From the IMG/VR virus record IMGVR_UViG_3300025593_000028, positions 31,289-95,288 of that record: DNA of 64,000 nt. One strand, given 5' to 3'. The notes beneath the pieces were generated by a model that was not told where the DNA came from, searched no databases, and was given only the letters and a program-made list of their open reading frames with translations. The stretch is from a virus. A program made the translations under genes and the position numbers. Position 1 is the stretch's first letter; each line of letters opens with the position of its first letter. This document shows positions 27,391-36,653 of this stretch, one piece after another.

Positions 27391-27734
27391 CCCCATCGGC
27401 CTGCCGCCTCTGGGAATAGGAACCGAACCTTCTTCCCGTTCTTTTCCGCGTACTTGATCTCGCGCTCCGTAGAACTCCCCACATATCCCCCAACGTTGAC
27501 GACTAGAATCTCGTCGGCTAGGTCGATCTTGCGGAAATGGACTTCGTCGAGTCCCTGCTTCCCATCGGTCGACTCGTCTCCGTCTGAGCACAGGAACTTC
27601 GATCCGGGGGGATCATCTTGGTGCCCGTACACGCTGAGCGGGATACAAACGTTGCCCATGAAGGCCTCATGCATCTCGGCCATTCGATGCGCCTCTGGAA
27701 AGCGAGTGCTGCCGCAAAGCGTAACTACGGTCAT
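27387..27734 (-). CDS. Nucleoside 2-deoxyribosyltransferase-superfamily protein
   Basis: TLCGSTRF...KIDLADEILVVN.GGYVGSST.REI.YA. Confidence 0.65.
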   Translation of the reverse strand: MTVVTLCGSTRFPEAHRMAEMHEAFMGNVCIPLSVYGHQDDPPGSKFLCSDGDESTDGKQGLDEVHFRKIDLADEILVVNVGGYVGSSTEREIKYAEKNGKKVRFLFPEAAGRWG

Positions 27735-27904
27735 TCTGACTCCTTCTCCCTCAGTCTTTCTAGGTTCTCGAGCACGGCTTCTCGCGCGGCCTTTGCGGCC
27801 ATGTCTTCTACGATCTGCCTCAGCAGTGCATCGTCCACGTCGTAGAGCAGCTGCTTACTGATCGGTATCGTGATTTCCGGTATGCGTATTGATACGTGCT
27901 CCAC
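27731..27904 (-). CDS. Small hypothetical protein (57 aa, below the ORF-track cutoff)
   Basis: GTG...TGA fills the gap exactly, with ATGA coupling. Confidence 0.5.
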   Translation of the reverse strand: MEHVSIRIPEITIPISKQLLYDVDDALLRQIVEDMAAKAAREAVLENLERLREKESE

Positions 27905-27906
27905 CG

Positions 27907-28875
27907 CTACTTCGCTACCTCCACAGGTAGCCCTGCAGCGCGTCGGTAGCGCGCAAGCGGGTCGCCGACTTCGAAGAAGTCCTGGATCATCGGCTCGGGG
28001 TCCTGCCCGTCATCGAGCCGGCCCGGCAGGCAGACGTCGCGGAACTCGCATTCCCACCGGCAGTCTCGGGTGGGGTTCGGCGGGCACAGCTCGTGATGGC
28101 TCGCGCCGCCGTCGAGCTCGGCGCGGGTCGCGATGATCTCGGTCGCGATCCTGTGAACGTGCTTCCAGTGGTTGCGCAGCTCCTCCACGGTGTGCGTGAC
28201 CTCGTGCCGTTCGTAGAACGGCGGCTTGGCTCGAGCAGTGCGTTTGACCTTCCGCAGCATGTTGTAGAGGATGAACTCGGCCCTGGTGCCCTCGCCCTCG
28301 TGCTCGAGCAGGTGCAGGTACTCGACCAGGTGCTCGGTCAGTAGCTGCGTGTCGACCTGCAGCGTCGGGAGCGCTTCTTTGAAGGATCCACCCACGGTCT
28401 TGTGCTCGAGCGCGCCGCGCTTTCCGTCTGAGACGCGCTCGACGCGCGCGTCGATCTTCGAGAGCAGCGTGGCTTCGACCGTCCCCGACCCGTCGTCCGC
28501 GACGACCAGCGGAGCCTCCATCTCGGACTCGGGCTCGACGACGCGTATGTCTGAGTCCTCGCCCTCCTCCTCCAGCCACTGGAGGTAGCCCTCCAGCATA
28601 GCACGGCAGAGGTCTGCTTCCTTGCGGATGTCGTCCTCCATCGCTGGGTGCTCCGAGACGTCCTCCTCGACTCCGGCCTCGAAGTGCGCCATCGGGTCGG
28701 GCCGCTCGAGCCCGGGTACGTAGTAGTGCTGCAGCGTGTCGTGCATCCGCGTACCGATCGACAGTGGATTGTCGAATTCGATCCCGCGCTTCTGCAGCCC
28801 GCGGTACGTGCCGAGGTACCACTTGCGCCGGCACCTGCGCCACTGCTTCGCCTCGCTGTTGGTGAGGCGGATCAC
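27907..28875 (-). CDS. Cas4/RecB-like PD-(D/E)xK exonuclease
   Basis: CRRKW, GTRMH, KID...EHKT, Q, C-terminal C..C.....C cluster. Confidence 0.85.
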   Translation of the reverse strand: MIRLTNSEAKQWRRCRRKWYLGTYRGLQKRGIEFDNPLSIGTRMHDTLQHYYVPGLERPDPMAHFEAGVEEDVSEHPAMEDDIRKEADLCRAMLEGYLQWLEEEGEDSDIRVVEPESEMEAPLVVADDGSGTVEATLLSKIDARVERVSDGKRGALEHKTVGGSFKEALPTLQVDTQLLTEHLVEYLHLLEHEGEGTRAEFILYNMLRKVKRTARAKPPFYERHEVTHTVEELRNHWKHVHRIATEIIATRAELDGGASHHELCPPNPTRDCRWECEFRDVCLPGRLDDGQDPEPMIQDFFEVGDPLARYRRAAGLPVEVAK

Positions 28876-29120
28876 GTCGTGCTCGCGTCCTGCTTGATCC
28901 TCTGTGCCACCAGCAGCATCCACAACGACGCGAGCACCGCGGTGCTCGCGGCCGAGAACCACAGGCTCAGCGACACGTACGGCACCACGAACGCCGCGAG
29001 GATCGACCCGGTCATGGCGCTAGTGCGCACGTCTGGCTTCTCCGCCCCGAGCACGGACGGCAGCAGCGCCACCGAGAACCCGATCGACCCGAGGGTGAAT
29101 ATGACGTCCTGCCAGCTCAC
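28872..29120 (-). CDS. Three-helix membrane protein (PQ-loop/SemiSWEET-like size)
   Basis: 82 aa, three hydrophobic segments, ALLPSV after the first helix. Confidence 0.5.
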   Translation of the reverse strand: MSWQDVIFTLGSIGFSVALLPSVLGAEKPDVRTSAMTGSILAAFVVPYVSLSLWFSAASTAVLASLWMLLVAQRIKQDASTT

Positions 29121-29392
29121 TTCTGCTCGGAGAGCTTCGCGAGCTCCTCGGCCTCAGCTGGCGAGGCCACGTGCACGCTCTCGCTTAGCAGCGCTTGACC
29201 GATGTCCTTCGCGTGCTCTGCGTCCATCGGGATCACGTGCTCAGTCGCCGTGCCCGGATCGAGCATGTGGATCCGCTTGGATCCCTTCTCTCCAGCGAGC
29301 ACGCCGATGATGACGCCTCGGTACTCTACACGCTTCGTGACCGGAGCGCCGGGGATCCCCCCGACCTCCTGTTGGCCTTGCTCCTCGCTCAC
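29117..29392 (-). CDS. Hypothetical protein
   Basis: Coupled ORF in the operon. Confidence 0.6.
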   Translation of the reverse strand: MSEEQGQQEVGGIPGAPVTKRVEYRGVIIGVLAGEKGSKRIHMLDPGTATEHVIPMDAEHAKDIGQALLSESVHVASPAEAEELAKLSEQK

Positions 29393-29724
29393 AGTTCCAC
29401 CCCCAGATGGTCTACGGCACGGGCGAGCGCGATGCGAAGCCCGAGCTTCTTGTTGAAGTTGTCTTTCTCCGAGCAGTCCGCCACGCCGGTGGACCCGTAG
29501 TTCCCTCCCGGTCCCTCCAAGCGCACGACCGTCTTGCCACCTGTTGGAAGCAGGCTAACCCGCTTAGCGTACAGTCCCGCTTCTCCTCCGTAAGGAAACA
29601 TCTTCTTGAGCTCGTCAAGCTCCCACTTGGCGTACAGGCCGCCGTCACTTGCGCGACGTAGGTGCTGCACGCGCACCGTGTACCCGCGCCTTCGCAGCTC
29701 TACTATCTTCTCGCTAGGACTCAC
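29389..29724 (-). CDS. Conserved phage protein with GxAxCSxxDxFxKxxGxxIA motif
   Basis: GVADCSEKDNFNKKLGLRIALARA. Confidence 0.6.
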   Translation of the reverse strand: MSPSEKIVELRRRGYTVRVQHLRRASDGGLYAKWELDELKKMFPYGGEAGLYAKRVSLLPTGGKTVVRLEGPGGNYGSTGVADCSEKDNFNKKLGLRIALARAVDHLGVEL

Positions 29725-30005
29725 AGCTCGTCATCTCCCTCCAGCACCGCGTCGAGCAGCGCGTATCCTACTACGTCCACCGCGGTGTCTCGCTTGTAAC
29801 CCTCTGCTCCTCTGATCGCCTTCAATAGTACCATGAGCATGGTCACGTCGTGCGGGGTGATCGGGTCGTCGTCGATCGACCGGCCCGCCAGGTACGCGTT
29901 CCACGCGTCTGCCAGCCTCTGAAAGTTCACCCTCGGGTGGCCGTAATCCTCCTGGCGCTGTCCGCGGATCAGCTTTTCTGCCTCTTGTCCTACCGTATCC
30001 CCCAT
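29721..30005 (-). CDS. DUF6378-like (dNTP pyrophosphatase-related) protein
   Basis: RQEDYGHP..NF..LA..W...DV..LMVLLK...D..VD..GYA. Confidence 0.75.
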   Translation of the reverse strand: MGDTVGQEAEKLIRGQRQEDYGHPRVNFQRLADAWNAYLAGRSIDDDPITPHDVTMLMVLLKAIRGAEGYKRDTAVDVVGYALLDAVLEGDDEL

Positions 30006-30010
30006 CAGTG

Positions 30011-30589
30011 CTACCCTACGCCGTCCACCCCGAGGAAGCCGGCACGCCCGAGGAACAGGTCTTTCGGCGTGCCCTGGAAGCGGAGGGAGGTGCGCACGGC
30101 GACCCCGTCCGGGAGCTTGCCGAGCTCGTCGAGATCTCGAGTCAGCCCCTCCGACGGCATCAGGAGGCGGGCCTCGGCTACGAGCGCTCGGTTGTCTGCT
30201 TCCTTCACGGTCTCGTGCGATAGAGCCCCGAGGTCGATGTTTAGGCTTTCGAAGATCACTTCGTCTGCGGCCTCGGCGAGTCGCTCGTACTCCGGTCCGA
30301 TCTGGCTCTTGAGCGGCTTTGGCAGGTCTCCCAGGTACGCCTCGTGGGCGTCGTGGAACAGCCCCGCGACGACTACGTCTAGGTCTTGGTCCCACGCTTC
30401 GAGGATCTCGCTCACGAGCACGCAGTGCTGCGCGACCGAGTAGAACTTCGAGGTGTGGCCGCCGAACCGGCACGTGTTGCCCAGCCCGTGCGCGACGTCT
30501 GCTAGGCAGACCTGGCTCGGCTTCGGGTCCGCGTAGTCGTAGATCAACCCCGACGCAGTCTCGATCCTAGTCTCCCCGAACCAAGTCAT
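30011..30589 (-). CDS. HD-domain 5'-deoxynucleotidase (YfbR/YfdR-like)
   Basis: CRFGGH...YSVAQH...LFHDAHEAYLGD. Confidence 0.85.
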   Translation of the reverse strand: MTWFGETRIETASGLIYDYADPKPSQVCLADVAHGLGNTCRFGGHTSKFYSVAQHCVLVSEILEAWDQDLDVVVAGLFHDAHEAYLGDLPKPLKSQIGPEYERLAEAADEVIFESLNIDLGALSHETVKEADNRALVAEARLLMPSEGLTRDLDELGKLPDGVAVRTSLRFQGTPKDLFLGRAGFLGVDGVG

Positions 30590-32295
30590 CCTCCGAGCCA
30601 CCTCCGCATCGTGTCCTCGTCCCGGACGATCTCCTCCAGGAGCTCTAGCTTCGTGCCGTACGTATCGAGCACGTCTTTGTCCACCGTATCGGCGGCTACG
30701 ATGTCTATCGTCAGGAGCCGCCCCTCTCGCCCGGGCCGCTGGGCGCGCTCTTCGGACTGCGCGTTCTTGACCGCAGACCACGAGCGCTCGAGGTACACCT
30801 GCGCGTCGGCGCGCGAGAGGTTGATGCCCTCCGCTCCGGCTCCGAAGGTGACGAGCAGCACCTGCAGGTCTCCGTCCTGGAAAGCGGCGCGATTGCGCTC
30901 CCGCTGCGCGGGATCGACGGTGCCGGTGAACTGCCCGCAGGACACGCCGATCTTCTCGAGCCGGGCGGCAGCGAGCTCGATCAGCTGGCGGCTCTCGGCG
31001 AAGACCACGATCTTGTCGTCCCCCAGCTCTTCGACCACGTCCACGAGGTCGTCGACCTTGCTCGACGGCTCTTTGAGTTCTACGTTACCGTCGTCGTCGA
31101 TCTTCCCAGTCGCGCCTGCGAGCTGGCGCAGACGGCCCATGCGCTGCATGGGGTTCGACGCCATCAGCACCCCGCCTTCCAGCTCTACCAGCATCTCTTT
31201 CCTGAGCGAGTCGTACGCTTTGCGCTGCTTCGGCGCTAGGTCGACGACCCTCGTGGTGGGAGGCAGCTTGTCGGGCAGCTGCGGCAGGATGAGCTTCTTA
31301 GGCCGCCTGATCAACCTCGGGTCGAGGAAGCGAAAGAGCTCGTCCCTGGTGTCCCCGCGCAGCCCTACGACCTCCATGCGGCCGAACGGATTCCAGCGCA
31401 TGAGGCCGTAGCGCTCGACCCACTTCGTCTTAGACGGGTACTCGTCCGGGGCCACGAAGCGCATGACCGCCCACAGGTCCTCCGGCGTGTTGGCCACCGG
31501 GCTGCCGGTCAGCGCAAACCTGTACGTGGCCTTGTCGCCCACCGCCCAGAGCGCTCTTGTCTGCTGCGCCTTCGGCGACTTGGCTCGGTGCGCCTCGTCG
31601 GCGATCACCGTCTTGAGCCCCATCTCGTTGAGCTCCTTTAGCTCCTTCTCCTTGTCCTTGAGCCGGATCGAGCCGTAGCCAGCGAGGCGGCTGTGTAGTT
31701 TGAGCGCCTCCCAGTTGATGACGTACACCTGGGCCTCCGCGGCGAGCGCCTCGCGGCGCTTCTTCGCGCTACCGGCGACGACTGAGACGTCGACCCCTGG
31801 CCACCAGGTAGCGAACTCGTTGCGCCAGTGCGGCTTGACGCTGTTCGGCGCGACCACCAGCGCGGGGAACGGGTCGTCTAGGCGCTTGAGCGCGCATATC
31901 GTCATCGGCGTCTTGCCCGCGCCCATCGGGTCGCAGTTGAGTGCTTGGCGCGCGGTGCTCATGAAGCCCACGCCCGACCTCTGCAGCGGCGAGAGCCTCG
32001 GCTCGTCTACGTCTGGGCAGTCTCCGGCGTCCCTCAGCGCCATGCACGGCGTCACGCGGAGCTCGAGCACCTGCCGCGCGAGCCCCTCTAGCTCTGGCTC
32101 GATCACGAGCCTGTCGCCGAACACGCCTCGCAGCTGCTGCATCGCGGCCCACGACAGCGGGGCGACCCAGGTGCGCTCCGCTTGGTTCCACGTCGCGCCG
32201 GGTACGCCGTCGCGTACGTTCTCCTTGTCCTGGTAGCCGGCGCCGACCTCGATCTTCTGGTCGTCGCGCAGTCCAACGTGTACCGGCTCGTTCAC
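30586..32295 (-). CDS. SNF2-family helicase
   Basis: DPMGAGKT, DEAH, LTGSP, EGINL, QSEERAQR. Confidence 0.9.
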   Translation of the reverse strand: MNEPVHVGLRDDQKIEVGAGYQDKENVRDGVPGATWNQAERTWVAPLSWAAMQQLRGVFGDRLVIEPELEGLARQVLELRVTPCMALRDAGDCPDVDEPRLSPLQRSGVGFMSTARQALNCDPMGAGKTPMTICALKRLDDPFPALVVAPNSVKPHWRNEFATWWPGVDVSVVAGSAKKRREALAAEAQVYVINWEALKLHSRLAGYGSIRLKDKEKELKELNEMGLKTVIADEAHRAKSPKAQQTRALWAVGDKATYRFALTGSPVANTPEDLWAVMRFVAPDEYPSKTKWVERYGLMRWNPFGRMEVVGLRGDTRDELFRFLDPRLIRRPKKLILPQLPDKLPPTTRVVDLAPKQRKAYDSLRKEMLVELEGGVLMASNPMQRMGRLRQLAGATGKIDDDGNVELKEPSSKVDDLVDVVEELGDDKIVVFAESRQLIELAAARLEKIGVSCGQFTGTVDPAQRERNRAAFQDGDLQVLLVTFGAGAEGINLSRADAQVYLERSWSAVKNAQSEERAQRPGREGRLLTIDIVAADTVDKDVLDTYGTKLELLEEIVRDEDTMRRWLGG

Positions 32296-32753
32296 TCGCC
32301 GTCCCCTTCCATCGCAGACATCCTACGGGCTACCAAGCTGCGAAAGTCGGAATCGTGCTGGCACAGGTACAGCAGCAGGTGGCGGCTCGCATCGCGGGCG
32401 TGGTCGGTGCCCACGGTCCACCACCCCATCGCACGAAGCTTGTCGTCGTTCGAGAAGCCCTTGGCCTCGGCGGGGGTCTGCTTGTTCGAGAACTCGAGGC
32501 CGTGCTCGCGGCACAGGTGCCGCAGGTAGCCGACCTGCTCGACGGAGGAGAGCACCTGCTCCCCCTTCCTGATCGTGTGCTGCGTGATCGTGATGCGCTC
32601 GACGACCACCGCTCCGCCGAAGCCCGACCGAAGCGCCTCTCGCGCCCAGTCCATGGCCTCATCTTCGGGCGCGTCCCACGCGCTGTGCTCGCCATCCCTC
32701 CAGAGCGCGAGCCCGGTCTGGAACCCGGTGTCGAGAGCGAGCACGTCAGGCAT
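32292..32753 (-). CDS. RuvC-like Holliday junction resolvase
   Basis: LALDTGFQTG, VVVE, HARDA. Confidence 0.75.
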   Translation of the reverse strand: MPDVLALDTGFQTGLALWRDGEHSAWDAPEDEAMDWAREALRSGFGGAVVVERITITQHTIRKGEQVLSSVEQVGYLRHLCREHGLEFSNKQTPAEAKGFSNDDKLRAMGWWTVGTDHARDASRHLLLYLCQHDSDFRSLVARRMSAMEGDGE

Positions 32754-34497
32754 ACAGCGCCCCCCAGCGCTTAGTCGTGTCTACGTCCACGGTGAGCGGG
32801 ACCTTGAAGTGCTCGGTCTCCGGCATCACCTCTTCGATCGTGGCCACGGCTTCGTCTAGGCTGTCGTCCGGCACGCTGAACACGACCTCGTCGTGGATCG
32901 GCAGCAGGATCTGCGGGCCCAGCCCCGCCTGCGCGAGCTCGATGATCTTCAGCTTGAGCACCTCTCCGGCCGTGCCCTGGTCGCGGTAGTTGACCCCCTT
33001 GTAGGCTTCGTCCTTGGGGACGAAGAGCCTGCGGCCGAACTCCGTGTGAACCTCGCCCCACCCCTTGTCGCCGCCCCGCGACTCGTGTACTTCCTGCGAC
33101 ACCTGTTCTTGGAACGCGGCGACGCGAGGGAACAGCGCGTCGTACCGCTCGAGCACCGAGGCGGCCTCGCTTTCGCTCAGCCCAGCCGAGTACGCGAACT
33201 TGGTCACGCCGGCGCCGTAGATCTTGGCGTACCCTGACGTCTTCGCGACGTTCCGCTGCTCGTACACAACTTCCTCGAGGCTCTGCAGGCCGAAGATTTC
33301 CTGCGCAGTCCACTTGTGCAGGTCTTCGCCGGAGCAGAACCGAGAGATCATGTTCTCCTCGTCCGCCATGTGAGCGAGGAGCCTGAGCTCGATCCCAGAG
33401 AAGTCGGCCGAGATCAGGGTCTCACCCTCGTCCGCGATGAAAGCGTCCCTGCCGACCGAGGACTTGGGCAGGGTCTGCAGCGCGGGTTCGGTGATCGACA
33501 TCCTCCCGGTCTTCTGCGCGCCGAGCACACGAACCGACGGGTGCACGCGGTCGTCTGCCTCGATCTTCAGCAGCTTGTCGAAGTAGCTGCCTTTCAGCTT
33601 GCTGCACTCCCGGTAGCGACGCATGTCGTGGCACTCCGGGATCTTTCCCTCCCAGTACTCGAGCACCTCGTCGTCCGCTGCGAGGTGGCCCTTCTCGGTG
33701 CGTTTGGTCAGCGTCGCGCCACGCGACTGCAGGAACTCGACGACCTGCTTCGGCGCGTTCGGGTTGCACGGCAGCTTCGGCGACAGTGCTGCGATCTCGG
33801 CCTCCAGCTCGAGCGACGTCTTACGGCAGAAATCTACGTCCACCCGCATCCCGCGCAGCTCTGCGTCGCGCAGGGCGTGGATCGAGCCGAGCTCGATGTC
33901 GTAGGAGCGCCGGTACCTGTCGCGCACTTTGGGCCAGAGCTTCTCCGCGATCCTGCACGTGAGCACCGGGTCCAGCGCACCGTACTGCCAGTACGGCGGG
34001 AAGTCCAGCGGCACCGTGTCCCAGTCCCAGCCCTGCTTCTTCATGGCCTCGTGCAGCACGACCTGTCCGGCCAGCGCCTTCTTGTCTACGAGTCGAGATG
34101 CCACGGGCTTCAGGCCCACCGGCAGGTGGGAGGTCACGAGCTGCGCCATGACCATCGTGTCCTCGGCGAGGTGCTGCGGCACGGTCACGCCGTCGCGCTT
34201 CAGGAACGCCGAATCGAAGATCAGGTTGTGCGCGACCAGCGGCGACGAGTCGTACGCCTCGATCAGCTCTTTGAACGCGCCGTAGAAGCTGTTAGGTCCC
34301 TCGCACGGGATCGCCCAGCCGTGGTCTCTGTCGCCGAGCTGCGCGAGCCGCACCCTGTCTCGGCCGAGGTTCACCCCAGTGGTCTCGAGGTCGAACCCGA
34401 GCCAGTCCCTCGACCGGCCCAGCCACTCGCGTAGATCCAGCAGCTCGTCGGTGGACTCGACGAGCGTCAGGCCCACGCGCTCAAGTCCCTCAGACAC
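32746..34497 (-). CDS. polA: Family A DNA polymerase (3'-5' exonuclease + polymerase)
   Basis: DLETTG, HNLIFD, TGRMS..P.LQ, ADFSGIELR, AKTSGYAKIYG, IHDE. Confidence 0.93.
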   Translation of the reverse strand: MSEGLERVGLTLVESTDELLDLREWLGRSRDWLGFDLETTGVNLGRDRVRLAQLGDRDHGWAIPCEGPNSFYGAFKELIEAYDSSPLVAHNLIFDSAFLKRDGVTVPQHLAEDTMVMAQLVTSHLPVGLKPVASRLVDKKALAGQVVLHEAMKKQGWDWDTVPLDFPPYWQYGALDPVLTCRIAEKLWPKVRDRYRRSYDIELGSIHALRDAELRGMRVDVDFCRKTSLELEAEIAALSPKLPCNPNAPKQVVEFLQSRGATLTKRTEKGHLAADDEVLEYWEGKIPECHDMRRYRECSKLKGSYFDKLLKIEADDRVHPSVRVLGAQKTGRMSITEPALQTLPKSSVGRDAFIADEGETLISADFSGIELRLLAHMADEENMISRFCSGEDLHKWTAQEIFGLQSLEEVVYEQRNVAKTSGYAKIYGAGVTKFAYSAGLSESEAASVLERYDALFPRVAAFQEQVSQEVHESRGGDKGWGEVHTEFGRRLFVPKDEAYKGVNYRDQGTAGEVLKLKIIELAQAGLGPQILLPIHDEVVFSVPDDSLDEAVATIEEVMPETEHFKVPLTVDVDTTKRWGALYA

Positions 34498-34939
34498 CCC
34501 CGTCGCGCTCCCAGGCCTTCAGCAGCTCCTTGTCCTTCGGCTTGAAGGAGCGGTCTCCCCACGCCACGAAACGGTATGCTTCCACGGTGTACTCGCCGCA
34601 GCCCGGTAGCTCGCCGACCCACTCGTGGGGCGGTCGGATCCCGAACGAGACGACGCATTCCCATTCGTGGAACTTGTTGCTGACGATGTTGAGCGTGTCT
34701 GCCCGGCGAGACTGGAGCCCGCACGGCGAGATCACAGATTCAACCTCGGCGCGGTCTGCTAGGGCGAGCTCCGCCGGTTCTGGCCAGCGCGAGAACAGCT
34801 CGTCCAAGACTGGGCGCACCTGCGAGCCGGAGGTCTGCTGGCACATGACGGTCGAGACGACCACGCGCCACGGCATAAAGGTCCGGTCCTCTCCCGCGTA
34901 CTCCTCCTGGATCAGCAGCCCGTCGCGCACGGCGTGCAC
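34490..34939 (-). CDS. MBD4-like HhH DNA glycosylase (no Fe-S cluster)
   Basis: LIQE...PWRVVVSTVMCQQTSG...RWP...PCGL...RRA...LPGCGEY...YR...PKDKEL parallels the MBD4 catalytic domain; start approximate. Confidence 0.75.
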   Translation of the reverse strand: MHAVRDGLLIQEEYAGEDRTFMPWRVVVSTVMCQQTSGSQVRPVLDELFSRWPEPAELALADRAEVESVISPCGLQSRRADTLNIVSNKFHEWECVVSFGIRPPHEWVGELPGCGEYTVEAYRFVAWGDRSFKPKDKELLKAWERDGGV

Positions 34940-35892
34940 CACCCCACCTTCCCGCTTTCTGCGTAGATGTCGGGCCAGTGGTCCTGATCGTCTGGGAGCA
35001 CGTAGCGGCAACTCGGGCAGATCCTGCCCCCCGACTGCGTACCGTCTAGCACGTCCTCGTACCAACGATGCGCGCTCGGCACTACGTCTGGCTCAGAGGA
35101 GATGCCGGTGATCGCCGCGAAGCTCTGCTGCACCCACCTCCAGCGGTCCAGCGCGACCTCTTCACGCAGCCGCTCGCCCACAGGGAGCGGATACGCGGGC
35201 GGCTGCTCGAACTCCTCGTCGCCGCCGGCCGACCACGTGGAGATGTCGTCCCTGTCCACGTAGGCGTGCATGCTGTAGCAGTGGTGCGAGTAGCGGCCCG
35301 GCTCGACGCCGAGCGCGAACGCCAGCGCGCGCTGCGCGGCCGTGAACTGCATCCAGTCGTACGGCGTCCCCCACACCAGGTCCTGCGACCTCATCGTCGT
35401 GAAGGCCTCTAGCTTGTCGTCGCGGATCTGGTAGAAGAGGTTGAGCGTGCACGGCACGTCCTTAGACGGCCTCTCGAGCTCGCGGCCGAGCCAGATCGTG
35501 ACGCCGGCCTGCCTAGAGTCCCGGTCGGAGCAGAGCTGCGACACCACGCGGGGCCACTGCAGCGCTACCCTGGGCCCGTACGCACCGAGCAGCCTGTGGC
35601 CCGCTGGGCCCTCCACGAACATCGCGAAGTTCTTTGCGCAGTTGACGAGTTGGTCCGCGTCCGAGTACCCGCCCACGAGGTTGGTCGCCTCGGCCGCTCC
35701 GATCTTCGCTACCAGCTTCCTGCCGACCCCGGTGGGCGCCGGGCGAGTCGGATCCTCTAGTACGGTCGTCACTGCGGGGAGCTCGAGCGTCCTGTGCCCC
35801 CTCGGCCGCACCTCGCGGCCCCGCTCGAGCAGAGCGTCTCGCACGCGTAGGTAGAGCTCGGACGCGCTGCCTCCCTGGAACACCTCAGCCAT
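34912..35892 (-). CDS. Thymidylate-synthase homologue, probable dCMP hydroxymethylase/methylase
   Basis: GAYGPR, DSRQA, DVPCT, MRSQDLVWGTPYD (Asp at the Asn specificity position), SMHAY; C-terminal CxxC...CxxC. Confidence 0.85.
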   Translation of the reverse strand: MAEVFQGGSASELYLRVRDALLERGREVRPRGHRTLELPAVTTVLEDPTRPAPTGVGRKLVAKIGAAEATNLVGGYSDADQLVNCAKNFAMFVEGPAGHRLLGAYGPRVALQWPRVVSQLCSDRDSRQAGVTIWLGRELERPSKDVPCTLNLFYQIRDDKLEAFTTMRSQDLVWGTPYDWMQFTAAQRALAFALGVEPGRYSHHCYSMHAYVDRDDISTWSAGGDEEFEQPPAYPLPVGERLREEVALDRWRWVQQSFAAITGISSEPDVVPSAHRWYEDVLDGTQSGGRICPSCRYVLPDDQDHWPDIYAESGKVGWCTPCATGC

Positions 35893-36500
35893 CAGCGCAG
35901 CAGCCCCGCGAACGCGGGGTCCTCTAGATCGTCTGCGACGACGCAGTACTCTGGGGTAGCCGAGCAGTTCTTCTCCTCGTTGATCGCCGCCGTGGCCACG
36001 TCGTCTGCGTGCACCGTCCCCATGTCGAACTCCATTGTCCTCGCGGCCTGCTGCTCGAGGAACCTGAACTGCTGCCGGAACATCGCGTCGGCCGCCGGCA
36101 CGAGCGCGGTCGGGAGAGGCTCCGGCGGTCGAGCCTCTACGAACTCGGCGTGGATCTCGTCTAGCGGCCGTTCGCACATGACGAACAGCGCTCCCTTCGA
36201 CGCGTACGCTGCGACTAGCAGCGCGTACTCGCCGGGGGTCAGAGCCGGGGTGCGCGAGAAGAGCGTGGGCCAGACCGACTCGCCCACGAACGACCTGTCG
36301 AGCACGACGTTCCTGCTCGCATTCGGGACATACTTGAGGATCGGCTCGAGGTACTCGTCCACGGCGCGCGGGCTCTCCGGGCGTTCAGCGTGGATCACCC
36401 GCGTGCCACGGCCGTTGAGCCGGCTCAGGGTCTGGGGCATCTTGTCGGCCAGCGTCGACTTGCCGGTCCGGTCTACTCCCTCGATGACGATGAGTGCCAC
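35892..36500 (-). CDS. dNMP (thymidylate-type) kinase
   Basis: IEGVDRTGKST P-loop; VLDRS motif; coupled to the TS homologue. Confidence 0.85.
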   Translation of the reverse strand: MALIVIEGVDRTGKSTLADKMPQTLSRLNGRGTRVIHAERPESPRAVDEYLEPILKYVPNASRNVVLDRSFVGESVWPTLFSRTPALTPGEYALLVAAYASKGALFVMCERPLDEIHAEFVEARPPEPLPTALVPAADAMFRQQFRFLEQQAARTMEFDMGTVHADDVATAAINEEKNCSATPEYCVVADDLEDPAFAGLLR

Positions 36501-36653
36501 AGATCCCTCCCCGTTGCTTCCTTCCGGGAGACATCGTATCAGGTCTACCGAGAAGATGAGAGCGGCGCTGGGGCGTCGATGGAGGGGGGTCAACCTGACG
36601 CGGAAAGGAGGTGACGTCAGGCGACGCGAGCGCCCCGCGCCTGCTCACTTAGA

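Noticed and set aside
27907-28875. Cas4-like gene as a sign of CRISPR-Cas
   Set aside because: No repeat-spacer array or other cas genes seen; stand-alone Cas4-like nucleases near Sak4/SSB are ordinary phage recombination genes
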